Below are positions 29,468-42,500 of a DNA stretch of 64,000 nucleotides, piece after piece (the first letter of the stretch is position 1; each line of letters starts with the position of its first letter). Source of the DNA: Salpingoeca rosetta (Eukaryota > Protista > Choanoflagellata); NCBI GenBank assembly GCA_033442325.1, contig JAWQFM010000008.1, positions 927,194 through 991,193 on the forward strand, in the 5' to 3' direction. A program made the position numbers and the translations under genes. The notes under the pieces are model-generated. The model was given only the letters and a program-made list of their open reading frames with translations. It was not told the origin of the DNA and did not search any database.

Positions 29468-31907
29468 TCATGAAGGTGGTGGAGGGTTGAGAGCGTGGGA
29501 GACGTAACGAAGCAGGAGTTGCGCTGCGGGCTGCGGCACACGCGGTCCACGCGGTGATGGCATATCCTCCATTGTTGCCTCGCCCTGTTGTGCCCCCTGT
29601 TGGTGTGCTTCTTCTTGCTGTTCTTCTGGGTCTGATAGAGATGATGATGACGACGACCATGATGGTGAGGGTGGTGACTGGTGCGTGTGCGCTGGCCAGC
29701 GCTGTTGCTGTTGTGTATGCCCCTGCTGCTGTTTCCGCTGCCTTGGGCGTGAGTGTTGGGGGTGTTGTGTGGAATGACTCCTTGGCGCAGGAGCGTGTGA
29801 GGGTGCGGTGCTCATTGGTGTGCGGCGACGGTGCGACCGCTGCTGCCATGGCGACGGCAAGGGCGTTGTCGACAATATGGAGTTGTCGGACGCAGACGAG
29901 GACGTGGACCAGGCGAGTGGCGACGTTGGCTGCACCGGCGTCCACGACGACATCAGGTGCGCCGGCGACAGGGAGGGCGACTGCGGTGATGGTGAACATG
30001 GGGGCGATGCGCGTCGCTGTTGTTGAGAGTATTCTTGTTCCTGCGTGCCCTCGCGAAACACGGGCCGTGTGCCTGATCTGCGTGGGAGTTGCCCCCGTGC
30101 TGGTTCTTGTACTGGAGCCTGCTTATGCGGGGAGAATGAAGATGCAGAGGGGCCTGGCCCGAGGGAGGCCGTCTGCCTCGGGGTTCGAATCATTTCTGGC
30201 CAAGAAGCAAATTGGACACTGCGTTGCCGAGCTTGCTCCTGTGGTCCCGGCGACGTGGCGTGCGGCTGGGAGCCTCCGTCATCCAACGTCGCAGGAAAGG
30301 AGAGCTTGTCCACAGTGGCCTTGAGCTGCTCAAAGAGATCTGCCAGGAGCAGGTTGTTGCTTCTCCTGTGGCTGTAGGACTGCGTGTGCAGAGGGACGCG
30401 CGGGCGGCGTCGCAGGGGCGCGGTCCCCTTGTGCGATTCCACATACACGAGGAGGCGAAGCACAAACAGCGTCAGAAAATGATGGGCTGCCTGATGTGCG
30501 ATGCGGCCCTTCATGTGGAAGCTCATGCCGTCCACGTGTGGACGCTCGCACACTTCATCCTGCGCCCACAGCAACAACTCATGCACACGCCGCCTTGCCG
30601 TTCTGCTCGCAGTGTGCGTGTGTGTGCGTGTTGGTGGAAAACGAAGGAGGTGTGGAAAAGGTGGGCGTGTAAGCAAGCGACTGGTGTCCAAAATATGACA
30701 CGACATGTACCACAAATACACACATACACACACAAACACCAGCGGCAGTTGCAGTGTGGGCTTTGCAGACGCTTGCAACCAACAAAAAGCAGAAACAAGA
30801 ACGTAGCAAAGCACCACAAGCACAGCAAACACAGCACAACACAACAAACACAACAAACACACCTGCGAACACCACTACCAACGTCTGCAGTGGACTGTGT
30901 AAAGGCGGGAATGTCATGCAGCAACGTGACGCGAAAATACGATGACACTGGCCGTCTTGCCAAGGCTGCTAGTTCGTGGTGGACGTCCTGCAGGGCCAGA
31001 GCACGCAACAGCACCGTGCCTGCCAAGTCCAGATCCACCAAGTCCTCGTCCCCACTGCACTGCCAAGATGAACCGTTCATCGTGTGTGCTTGTTGGCTGT
31101 GTGTTTTCGAAATAACGGCGGAAATGGTGGCGACTGACTTCAGTTTTCCCCAAGACGGCACGAACCGCTTGTTTGCTTGCACGAACAAACGGCGAGGAGC
31201 GGGGATGAACACCCTGCCTTTGACATGCACGCGCAGGTAGCTGTGTGTGTGCATGTGTGCGTGCATGTGTGCGTGCATGTGTGCGTGCATGTGTGTGTGT
31301 GTGTATTTGGCACGCACAACTACAAGCACTGCTTCATCGGCCTGAAAGAAGGAGCAGCAACAGCACGACAAGTGCAGTGCAGTTACATGATCATGGCGAG
31401 CATGCTCATGATGAGGGTGATGGTGATGGCGTGGCGTGTCTGTAAGGACAGGAATAGGTGAGGCATTGTGAGGCACCACGACGTGCGCATGATGTGCGTG
31501 GCGTGCACGCACCGGGCTATTCTTTGATGCGACGCACACCTGCCACCCCTGCACGCACCGCTGCATCGCTGCGGCATCGCAGTATCGCAGCACACATCCC
31601 CTCCACGTACTGCGCCGCAACGCAGCACCCAGCGCAGCACCCAGCGCAGCACGGCTCCCATGAACACGCACATACGTGCAGAGGCACACACAATACACAC
31701 GCATGCGTGCATGTTCGTGCTGGCGTGAACATGCACACGAACATGCAAGGGATGGAGTGCACGCACCCTTGTCCCTCCCGCCTCCCAGATCACCGAGCTT
31801 GCAGGCATAACTGCTTGCCGTTGCACGGGGGTTTGAGCGAGCCGGCTGCAGCGCAGCGCTCTCGCCCTATTTGTGAAGGTCGAGGTGATGGCGAGTTCAT
31901 TTTTCAT
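29468..31907 (-). CDS. Hypothetical protein with a globular N-terminal half and a long S/P/Q-rich disordered C-terminus
   Basis: Exon-like segments bounded by GT/AG lie at about 31907-31767, 31650-31540, 31342-31305, 31240-30863 and 30605-29468, separated by microsatellite introns. I recognise no family with confidence, and the start and exon phases are uncertain. Confidence 0.5.
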
Positions 31908-32094
31908 CTGCACCCAGCATTGCGACTCACCACCAGACCTCAAGAGGAAACGCCAAGCACCTCCAAGCCCAGGACCAGGCCCACACACTGTGCGTGACCT
32001 TCACCGCAACTGACCACCTCCTCGTCTTTGAGCGAGCGTTCCTCGGTTCCCCGCGCACGCCTCTTCGCACACCTCTTCGCGCACGACCGACAAG

Positions 32095-33213
32095 ATGCGG
32101 CTGCACGCGTTTGCGGTCGCCGCCGCGTGCCTGATGCTCTTGCACGCAGCGGCTGCAATGCAAGCAGGAAAGGACATACCTGCATACAACCCGTACACGA
32201 CGACGGAGAAGGCCTACACCACAACCACTGAGGCACCTGCGTACACCGCAACCAAGGCTTACACCACAACCACTGAGGCACCCGCTTACACGACAACCAA
32301 GGCCTACACCACCACGACGGAGGCACCTGCGTACACAACCACAAAGGCCTACACCACTACGACTGAAGCGCCGGCTTACACAACCACAAAGGCGTACACC
32401 ACCACGACAGAGGCACCGGCTTACACCACGGAGAAGAACCCATATGCTCCCAAGACCACAACCGAGGCCCCGTCCTACACCACAACCAAGGCCTACACAA
32501 CAACCAAGGCGTACACCACCACCACGAAGGCATACACCACCAAGCCTCCCGCCTACACCACGGAAGCGCCCGCTTACACCACACAGCCTCCACAGTACAC
32601 CACACAGCCTCCACAGTACACCACGCAGCCCCCTGCATACACCACCAAGCCTCCCGCTTACACCACACAACCACCGCAGTACACAACTGAGGCGCCGGCC
32701 TACACGACTCAACCACCACAGTACACGACGCAGCCACCAGCTTACACCACGCGGCCCGCCTACCCCAGGTACACCACCCAGCCACCCCAGTACACCACCC
32801 AGCCACCACAGTACACGACGCAGCCACAGTACACCACCCAGCCCCCCGTCTACACGACGCAACCACCCAAGTACACGACAAAGCCACCTGTCTACACCAC
32901 GCAGCCCCCAGTCTACACGACCCAGCCGCCCAAGTACACGACCCAGCCACCTGCCTACACGACGACCACCAAGTGCAACAACGCCTACGGCGGCTGCGAT
33001 GACGTGGCGCAGGGCGATCCCAGCGGCAACACGGACTCGTCCGCCTCTGGCGCCAACGGGTCTGGCCTCTCCGCCGGTGCCATTGCAGGCATCGTTGTTG
33101 GCGCGCTGCTGCTTGTCGGCGTTGTTGTTGGCGGCGCCTTCTACGCAACGAAGAAGCGCCAGCAAACCGTCCTCCCGACGAACAACACGCCAGCCGAGGC
33201 GGACCACGCCTAA
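32095..33213 (+). CDS. Intronless mucin-like type I membrane glycoprotein with Tyr-Thr-Thr repeats
   Basis: The 372-aa ORF has a signal peptide (MRLHAFAVAAACLMLLHAAAA), about 260 aa of T/Y/P repeats and a small Cys pair (KCNNAYGGC). These are followed by a Ser/Gly-rich linker, a TM helix (GLSAGAIAGIVVGALLLVGVVVGGAFY), a KKR stop-transfer and a short cytoplasmic tail. Confidence 0.85.
   Translation: MRLHAFAVAAACLMLLHAAAAMQAGKDIPAYNPYTTTEKAYTTTTEAPAYTATKAYTTTTEAPAYTTTKAYTTTTEAPAYTTTKAYTTTTEAPAYTTTKAYTTTTEAPAYTTEKNPYAPKTTTEAPSYTTTKAYTTTKAYTTTTKAYTTKPPAYTTEAPAYTTQPPQYTTQPPQYTTQPPAYTTKPPAYTTQPPQYTTEAPAYTTQPPQYTTQPPAYTTRPAYPRYTTQPPQYTTQPPQYTTQPQYTTQPPVYTTQPPKYTTKPPVYTTQPPVYTTQPPKYTTQPPAYTTTTKCNNAYGGCDDVAQGDPSGNTDSSASGANGSGLSAGAIAGIVVGALLLVGVVVGGAFYATKKRQQTVLPTNNTPAEADHA
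32192..32970 (+). repeat. Coding tandem repeats: 15-aa (YTTTTEAPAYTTTKA)-type block, then 7-aa YTT[Q/K]PP[A/Q/V/K] block
   Basis: The repeats are visible directly in the translation. Third codon positions vary between units while the amino acids are kept. Confidence 0.9.
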
Positions 33214-33683
33214 AGGCATCTGAATGTTTCGTGAATGTTTGTGAGTGTTTGTGTGTGTTTGTGTGCGAGAGTGCACGCAGTGGTTTGTACCTACTCCCGC
33301 GTTGTTGTTGATGTCCCATTCCTATGCTGGTGTTGAGGCACGTTGTCCCCCTGCCTCTCTTGTTGCCCTTTGTGCTATGTGCGTGCTTGCATGCCTTCTT
33401 CCCTCTTAAATCTTGCAAGATCAGCGGTTTGTGTTGCTGTGGGCTGTGATGTTTGTTCATTGGAGGAGTGGTTGGCGGCTTTGTTTCGCTTCTCGGCTTG
33501 CGTGTCAAGCGACCCAGTGATGGTGGTGGTTGTCGATGCGCGCGCCGTTTTGATGAAACTTGACTGGCTCATGTTTCCCATACAAAACGACATACAGAAA
33601 ACGAAGTGCTGAAGTGTGCGTGCAGTCAGTGTCAGTGAGCTAGTGAGACTAGACGACTCATGATGTGATGTGACAGCACACAG

Positions 33684-33732
33684 TTGGCGTGTAGTTGGCG
33701 TGTAGTTGGCGTGTAGTTGGCGCGTAGCTGGC
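33684..33732 (+). repeat. 11-bp tandem repeat (GTTGGCGTGTA)x~4, intergenic upstream of the lysozyme
   Basis: The repeat is directly visible. Confidence 0.8.
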
Positions 33733-33839
33733 GTGTTCGTGCGTGTGAAGGAGAGAGGGAGAGAACGGGAATGCTGAAGCGGGGGAGCAACGAGACATGT
33801 TGTGTCTCAGCAGACGCAGAAAGAACAGCAACGCGCGCC

Positions 33840-33870
<31 letters not shown>

Positions 33871-34015
33871 GCAGCAACGCGTTCAAATTGTGCGCGGCTG
33901 GACGATCGACTGAATTCAGGGTTGTGCTGTTTTGTGAGGCAAAAGTTCCCACACAGCAACACAAACAACGCAGTTTCCCTTCTCCAAACAACACTGACTT
34001 GCTTGCTTGCCAAAG

Positions 34016-34196
34016 ATGAAGGTGTTTGCGTTTGCTGCAGTGGTGTGCGCTGCTCTTGTCGCCGTGGCGCTGTGCCCGATGGGCGCTGAGGCCACCTATG
34101 GCGTGGACGTCTCCCAACAGACCTACGAGAACGCCTGGAGCGTGAGTGCACGTGTGTGTATGTGTGTGTGTTGTGCGTGTGTGTGTGTGTGTAGGT

Positions 34197-34273
<77 letters not shown>

Positions 34274-34432
34274 GTTGTGTGTGTGTGGTTCGCTTCATGC
34301 GTGATCTACCACCAGACCACCTGTATTCACTCGTGCTGCCCTCAATTCCCCACACGTACACACGTACACTCTCACGACCCACTGCACACACGCTGGACAT
34401 TCCCTCTCCCATCTCTCACCCCCACCCCCTCC

Positions 34433-34505
<73 letters not shown>

Positions 34506-36006
34506 ACAGAAGCCTGAAATACAACAGGGACAGCTTTGGTGTCATTCGCTGCTTTATGTTGACGGGCCACCCGGACCCCAACTGCCCGCACACCATCTAC
34601 AATGCTTGGGATGGGGGCATGGAAACGTGGACATCTACTTCTTCCCTTGCCCCACATGCGGCAACCCGGCCGGCCAGATCGACGCCATGGTCGCCAACCT
34701 CCCCAAATACAAAATCAAGCCCGGCAACGCCAATCCGGGCACCTACGGCATGCTGTGGCTCGAAATTGAGGGCCCGGAGTACTGGACAAGGAATCGGCGC
34801 CAAACGCAACTTCTTTATCGGCCTCGTCTCCAGGCAAGGCCGCGGGAACCACCGCGGGGTTTACACCAAGCAAAGCAATGCAGGGGGTGGGTGTCTGTGA
34901 ATGTGTTTTTGTGTGTGAAAGCACAGAATGTAGGTTAGAAACGGCGGAGCTCAGGAGCGGATTGGGGTTCTTATTTGAAACAAGCGCGCAAATGAAAAAC
35001 AAGTGTCTCACGCAACCCTCTCTTGTTATTCCCATCCCAACACACACATACACGGCTGTGCGAGCTATCCCTATAGGCGAGAAATTATTACTCCAGACTC
35101 TATCTNNNNNNNNNNNNNNNNNNNNNNNNNNNNNNNNNNNNNNNNNNNNNNNNNNNNNNNNNNNNNNNNNNNNNNNNNNNNNNNNNNNNNNNNNNNNNNN
35201 NNNNNNNNNNNNNNNNNNNNNNNNNNNNNNNNNNNNNNNNNNNNNNNNNNNNNNNNNNNNNNNNNNNNNNNNNNNNNNNNNNNNNNNNNNNNNNNNNNNN
35301 NNNNNNNNNNNNNNNNNNNNNNNNNNNNNNNNNNNNNNNNNNNNNNNNNNNNNNNNNNNNNNNNNNNNNNNNNNNNNNNNNNNNNNNNNNNNNNNNNNNN
35401 NNNNNNNNNNNNNNNNNNNNNNNNNNNNNNNNNNNNNNNNNNNNNNNNNNNNNNNNNNNNNNNNNNNNNNNNNNNNNNNNNNNNNNNNNNNNNNNNNNNN
35501 NNNNNNNNNNNNNNNNNNNNNNNNNNNNNNNNNNNNNNNNNNNNNNCACACACGTACACACACACACAGCGAGTCCCAGTGGTCGCCAATCATGGGCGAC
35601 TGGAGCGGCGGTTCCGCGTTCCCGCTGTGGTATGCCCACTACGGTAAGTCCATGGCTTGAGCAACACGGGGGGCCGCATGGCAGCCACAGCTGTGGCCAC
35701 TTGATTTCACAACACCTGTGCACTCATTTCTTGCGATCGCGTCGTGCCACTTCTTGCAACACCATCACCATGCTACGCACTTGCACTTGCACTTGCACAA
35801 GATACGACCCGCCTTATTCTCACTCACCTACTTCCTTTCAACACTTCCCTACAACCCCCCCCCCCTTGTTTTGCCCACACACAGACGGCTCTGCGTCCTT
35901 CTCTGACTTCCGCGCGTTTGGCGGCTGGAGCAAGCCCTCCATCAAGCAGTTTGCCGGTGACGTGTCCATGTGCGGCGCCGGTGTGGACAAGAACTGGTAC
36001 CCGTGA
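34016..36006 (+). CDS. GH25-family (protist/nematode-type) lysozyme, secreted; interrupted by an assembly gap and probable sequencing errors
   Basis: The signal peptide MKVFAFAAVVCAALVAVALCPMGAEA is followed by YGVDVSQ, F.VIRCF..TGHPDPNCPHTIYNAW, VDIYFFPC, YGMLWLEIEG, WSPIMG, PLWYAHYDG..SFSDF..FGGWSKPSIKQFAGD...CG.GVDKNWYP*. This is the typical layout of amoebozoan/Caenorhabditis-type GH25 lysozymes. Confidence 0.88.
35106..35546. other. Assembly gap (N run) within the lysozyme gene
   Basis: Run of N. Confidence 1.
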
Positions 36007-36549
36007 GCACGCCTTTATTCACATGATGTGAGCAGCGCGTGTTGGCGTGACCGCCTGCTCGCCCGCTCGCCTCAGCAACAGCAACGACTTCTTGCCATTC
36101 ACATGCGCGTGTGCGAAATCATGGTCTTCCCCCTTCTCTCTTCTGTTTTCTTTGCATGCTTGCCTGCCCGCCCTGTCTGCTTGTTGCTTTGCCTTTTGTT
36201 AGTCCACCTCTCCTGTATGTTTCACCACTGTCACCCTTGCCTTGCCAAAGCCGTGTGTTTGATCATCCCCCCTCTGCTTCAACCGCTGTCTGCTTCTTGC
36301 CAACAAACAGCCCGTGCATCTCAGCTTACGCTTTGTGCTGCTGGGCTGCTATGTGGCTGGCTGTTGGCACACATGAAGCATGCGTGGTGATGTGATGGGT
36401 CCCGTGTTGCTGTCTGTTGCAATGCCTGTGATGATCCTGTCATACACGTGCACTTTCCTTGCTTCAGCGAAACTACCGTCACAGCATTTGATTGCGCTCT
36501 TCATTGAGGCGTGCTTTGCCACTCTACCACACAACCACAGAACAAAACA

Positions 36550-36594
<45 letters not shown>

Positions 36595-36938
36595 AACAAA
36601 CAAACAAACAAACACGCACACACAATCACGCTCGAAAACAGCTGAGCAACCAAGCAAACTAATCGCTTGATGAACGGCGCCTCTTGGCGGTGGTGCTGCC
36701 TGTGTTGTTCGCATCAACGGACGTGTCAGCCTCGCCAATGTCTTCCAACCTGTTGCGCAGCAGGTGCAATGCACGCCCAAGTCATCAGCACTGTATGCAA
36801 GGGGCAGGGGGACTTCTCGGACGAAGAAGCATGGGGAGATACACACAGCCTGACCAAACAAGAAGACAACGCCCCAAATTGGGATGCCCTTTTTTCACGT
36901 TCTCAAACGAACGCACACGCACGCACGCACGCGCGCAC

Positions 36939-39453
36939 CTACCTTTCGACTTTGGCCTTGCAGAAGAAGCAATCGCTGTTGCTCTGAAGATGGCGGGAGA
37001 TGCACAGGCGGCAGCTCGTGTGCTGGGCATGGGATGCAAGCAACAGTAGGAGGAGAAGAAAACCAGTGGGGAAGAGAGAGGAGGGAGAGGCAGGTGGGCA
37101 TTGACTGCACGTGAATCCTCCTGGTGCACCACCGCACAGCGCAGCAAAGCACACATATGCTGCGTTTATCCTCACACAACCACACACAACCACACATGCG
37201 CACACACACGCACACACGCACACGCACACGCACACGCACACACACACACGCACACACGCACACGCACACGCACACGCACACGCACACAGGGCTCCACAGA
37301 CTACGCGACACGCACCTCGCAGGGGATGAACTTGACTTCAATGGTGTGTGCGTAGCAGATGGGGCAGAGGTCGCCGTCGTCCGAGGACGTGCTGTCCGTC
37401 AACTGGCGTCGTGCTTTCTTCTTCGCCTGCTCCGCTGCAAGCGACCGCAGCCGCTCAACAACACCAAGCACCTCTGCACGGTCCTCCGCACTGACGCGCT
37501 GCAAGGGGCTGTTGCTTGCATGCAACCGGTCGTCAAGGGACGTGAGCACCGCCTCCGTCAGCAGCGAGTTCTCCGAAACGCGCTCCATATTCTTGTCGGA
37601 CATGGTTGCCAGCGCAGTGACGATGCTGAGGCTGCACAGGACCAGGCCGGGCACGCTGCACTCCGCAAGCCCAACGCACGACGCAACAATGTCGGCGAAC
37701 GTGTCTGTGAGGAACAGGCGATCAATAATGTGCAGGGCAATCTCAGCAACCTGCACCGTGCGCAGCGCGTTGTCCGGGTGCGGCAGGCTCTCGTCAAAGA
37801 TGGACGGGCACGTGCGTGCGAGAAACTCAAACAGCTGGAGGACGCTGCCGAGTGCAGAGTAGAGGAGGCGGCTGCGCTGCACGTCTGCCACCAGGCGCGG
37901 CCCGGCAAACTGCTTGGCCAGCTCCTCCTTGATGGCGCTCAGCCGCTGCCACAGCTCCGACGATGCCCAGTTGGGCTGCTCCAGCGCCGCCGCAACAAAC
38001 TTGCCCACCAGCTCCCGCTCGGCCTTGCATGTGGCCTGCCACGCCTCGGCCAGCGGCGGCGGTGGCAGGCCCGCTTCATCCCGAACCAGCCCGTCGCGCA
38101 CGCGCACAACCGCTTCGCCGCCCAGCCCGTGCGCACCCAGCATGCTGCTGAGGATGACGATGACGCGCCCCAACGGCTGGACCTCCTCCGTCACAGAGAG
38201 CATCAGGTTGCGCAAGAACAGGAGCAAGAGGTCCCGCTCCGAGCACAGCAGCTCGCACATGTCGTGGGTGTGGGTGACGGTGGCGCAGGACCAGTCGCAA
38301 GAGCGCATGCTTGGGTTGACCACCTGATCGCTCACCAGCCACGAGGAGAACACCTGCAGCATCCGCGTCGCCACGCGCCGTCCGTGCTCGTCCCGCAGGA
38401 ACAGCAGGCAGTGGCGCGACGTCGCAGAGAGGTGCATCTCTGCCGTCGCCAGCCCCATCATGAACATCATGTGCTGCACCGCAAATCCAAAGCTCAGAGA
38501 CACCAACCCGAGCGCCTTGCCTTCCTCCAGCCCTTGTAGCATATTCAGCAGCTGCTCGGTAAACACCAGCAGCTTGTGCTGCCGCTGTGTGCCGAGTCGC
38601 AGTGCGCGGCGGCACATGAGCATCTTGACGTCGCGTCCCCAGCGCTCCGGCTGTGTCAAGAGGTCTGCCTCTTCCCGGTCGTCCTTCGACCACGGATCAA
38701 ACACAGCCGGTGCCCAGTCGTCACGCTCCTCGCTTTGTGGCTGCTCCTGCTCTTGCTGCTGCTGCTGCTGCTCTTCGCTGGCTGGCTGCGGTGGCGTCGT
38801 CTCATCACCATCACCAGCACCATCACCACCGTCACCCTGGTGCTGCTGTGGGCGCATGGCAGCCTCAAACTTGAACGCGGCGTCGGCAATGAGGCGTGCC
38901 CACCGCGCGTCCTCCAGCACCCCGCGCAGGTCTTTCATCATCGCTGACAACACCATCGTCAGCATCAGCATCAAAAACACCTTGCGCGACACACCGGCGC
39001 TGTCGCTTCGCTCTGGCAGCGGCGGCAGCTCCCCTGCATCAGAGCGCTTCTTGTACTCTGCGCGGACAAAGTCCAGCGAACCGCCCAGCCGCTCGCCGCC
39101 GAGGGACGGCCCGCGCACCGCCGCAAAGAAGTTGCGCGCCTCTGCAAGGTCCATCCACGCCACGTCGCCGCTGGCAAACAGATCGTCCTGCATCAGGTGT
39201 GACACGAGGCCGAAGAATACGCCCATCATCACGGGCGCTGGGAGCGACAGCGACTGTACAAACAGGCTTGGCTCGCTCGCCTTCTGAAGGAGCTCCCACA
39301 GCATGGGCAACACGGTGTTCTGCTTCCAGTCGTCCACGGTTGCGTCGGGCCCAAGCTTGTCCAGCCCAAGGCCGATGAGCGCGCCCCGCTCCCGGTCCAC
39401 CTCATCCGCCGCCTCCGCATACCGCTTCGGCAGCGACATGTCAACCCCTTCGC

Positions 39454-39533
<80 letters not shown>

Positions 39534-42500
39534 TTGCATCCAGCAAGGAAATCGAACACAAGTTGGTGAGTGGATGAATGCGGTAGCTTGACGGCACGAG
39601 CAAACTCGAGAGTATGCGCCGCGAAAGCAATGTGGCGGATGAGTACATGCAATCACCACGTGATTGTCAGCATGCAAGTTAGCAACTGCCCAACCTCGGC
39701 GAGGTGGTGGAGGGCGTTGTAGTGCGGGAACATGCGGTGGGCATCGTCGCTGGAGACGTGACGGTCCAGAAACAGCGCCAGTACCATGCAGCAGTACGCC
39801 ATGTCCCCGTTGAACTGCTGCACATGTATCTTGTACAGCGTTGGGTTCCTGGCAGCGCGTGTATGCGGAGACAGTCGTGTGTGTGAATGTGTGTGTGTGT
39901 GTGTGAATGTGTGTGAATGTGTGTGTGAGTGTACAAAGGATGGAAGGGAGCAGATGTATACGAACACCGAGCACAAGTAATGCTTCGGGACGAAAGCGGT
40001 GTGGATAGTTGAGGAGATGTGGCAGTGCAATGCAGCCACGTCAACACGCGACGTACTCGAGAACAATCCGCGCCAGCTTGATGTACTGCACAGCTCCTGT
40101 TGTCATTCACACACACGCACATGCGCACACACACAGGCATGAACACACACACACACAGGCATGAACACACACACACACATGAACACACACACACGCATGA
40201 ACAAGCGAGATGACATTATCAGGAGCAGGAACTGGTTGGGGTGCAAGAGAGGAGCGCTGATCCCAAAACAGGCCAGAACAGCACGAAACGCGAGCCGCCA
40301 AATCGACAACAAGCCTGGTTGACGTGAAAATACAGAAGAAAAGGACAGACAGGCACCCGCAAGCACACGTGTCCGTACATCCTGCACACGCAAGACTTAA
40401 CATGACCACAGGTGCATGGCGTTGCCACACGCACCTTCTGTGACGGAGGTCTTGAGCGTGGTGACGGATAGGCGGAGGAGGAGCGTGATGAGAAACTCCT
40501 CCGCGTGTCGGTCCTGCGCCAGCAGACAATGGCATGGGTGGTTGACAGTGGGGTGGTTCCAGGTGGTGAACAACAGCGCAGGGCGCAGGTGGCAGGGCAT
40601 GGTCACGATTGACGCGACTTGGGTGTGAGGCGGCACTCAGGGGCACACGCCCATCGACCCAACGCAATGCACACATTGCGGCATGGGCGGTGGTGGACCG
40701 GTCTTACCCCGAGAACTTGCACGATGGACTCGAGCACAGTTGCAATGCGCTCCTCTGTTTGATGAAAGTGTGGAAAGGCGTCAAAAAGAAGGTCACCGCT
40801 GTACAACAAGCACCTTCCCATAAACAGTGCAGCACAAACACACATACACATACACGCACAAGTACACGCACATACACATACACATACACATTCACATACA
40901 CATACACATGCACGCACACGCACAAGTACACGCACATACACGTACACACGCACGTGCACATACACAAGTACACGCACGTACACACATACACATGCAATTA
41001 CACGCGGGTGCATCCCTGACCTTGGTCGGCGGCGAGCCACTTGAAGAACGTGTCAATCACGACCGTCTGGACAACGTGTTCGTCCGAGAGAAGCGGCCCG
41101 AGCGCATCAACAAGGGCGGCAGTGGCCATGATGGCGTCCATCTCGGCATCGGCGCCCATCGCATCCGCAAACCGCCGTGGCGCCTCCTCAACCTTCAGCA
41201 GCATATCTGGTGGTGATGATCGCAGTGGTGATGGATGGGTGGTGGCGATCGTCGGGGTAGTGGTGGTGGTGATGATGACAATCGGGGTAGTGGTGAATGG
41301 TGATGACAGCTGCAGTTGCAGCGAAGCGTGCACATGATTGACACGCATGAATGCAAACAAGGCACGGCAAAACAAGCCAGCAAGCCACCAGCCAACCAGT
41401 GCCATGTCAGCACGACCACATATGAACACCCTGCTCGTGCTAACACACACACACTCATGCACACACGCACACGCACTCACTCACACATGCACATCAATAC
41501 CACGATGTGCAATGCCGCAACACGATACGCAGTGCTAGAACACTCCACATACAAGGACGCTCACCGAAGATGGTGCGAGCACGGTGAATGGCCGATGTGG
41601 GCGGGGCCTGGAGCGGGCTGTGGCCGGCAACCGGGTAGTGAAACGGCGCCTGCCCGACGTTGACAAACACCATCCCGCCATGCGCCACAGAGACGCCCGC
41701 GCAGTAGGCCAGGCGGTGGCCCACGCGCACCTTGTCAAAGGCAACGCCAAGGTCCCGGCCGTTCCTGCAGCGACCATGATGATTGAGATGAAGGTGCTGA
41801 GGTGCACTGAAGCACCGTGTCGACACGCATGCACGCACACACGCACACACACACGCACACACACACACACACGCACACAGCATACAAGGGTTTCACACCT
41901 GTAGTAGCTGATGGTTCCCTGATCAAGGTCGATGCAGCAGCCAATGACGTCGCCCTGGACCCAGTGCTCGCCATACTTGCGGCTGCCCACGTTCCACTTT
42001 CGCCGCCGCATCCCGTCATATGCATACGAGTCTGGAGGGACAAGGAAAAACAAATATACACACACATACACACACATACATACACACACATATACACATA
42101 CACACATACACACATATATACACATACACACGCACACACAAACACACGCACAAACACACACAGGCAGAGTGAGTCCTGTGAGTGGTAGGAGTTGCAGCAG
42201 CCATGGCAACAGCGTGTCGATGGAAAGAAAAAAACGTCGTTCACGAAACAATGCTGTTTGTTGCGCGTACCTCGCGAGTCCCCAACACCGTCCGATGCTG
42301 TAAAGCGGCAGGCTGGAGAACACCAGCCGAGTTGCTACACGCGAGAGTGAATATGGTGTGTAAATGAGGTCTGCTTCTCAACACGCCACAGTGACGCACA
42401 CGGTGACAAACATACATACGCACACATACACACGCATACACACGCGTACACACATACGCACACACATACGCACACACATACGCACACACATACACACATA

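Noticed and set aside
32192-32970. Regularly spaced repeats resembling a CRISPR array
   Set aside because: They are in-frame coding repeats with no unique spacers, there are no cas genes, and the context is eukaryotic.
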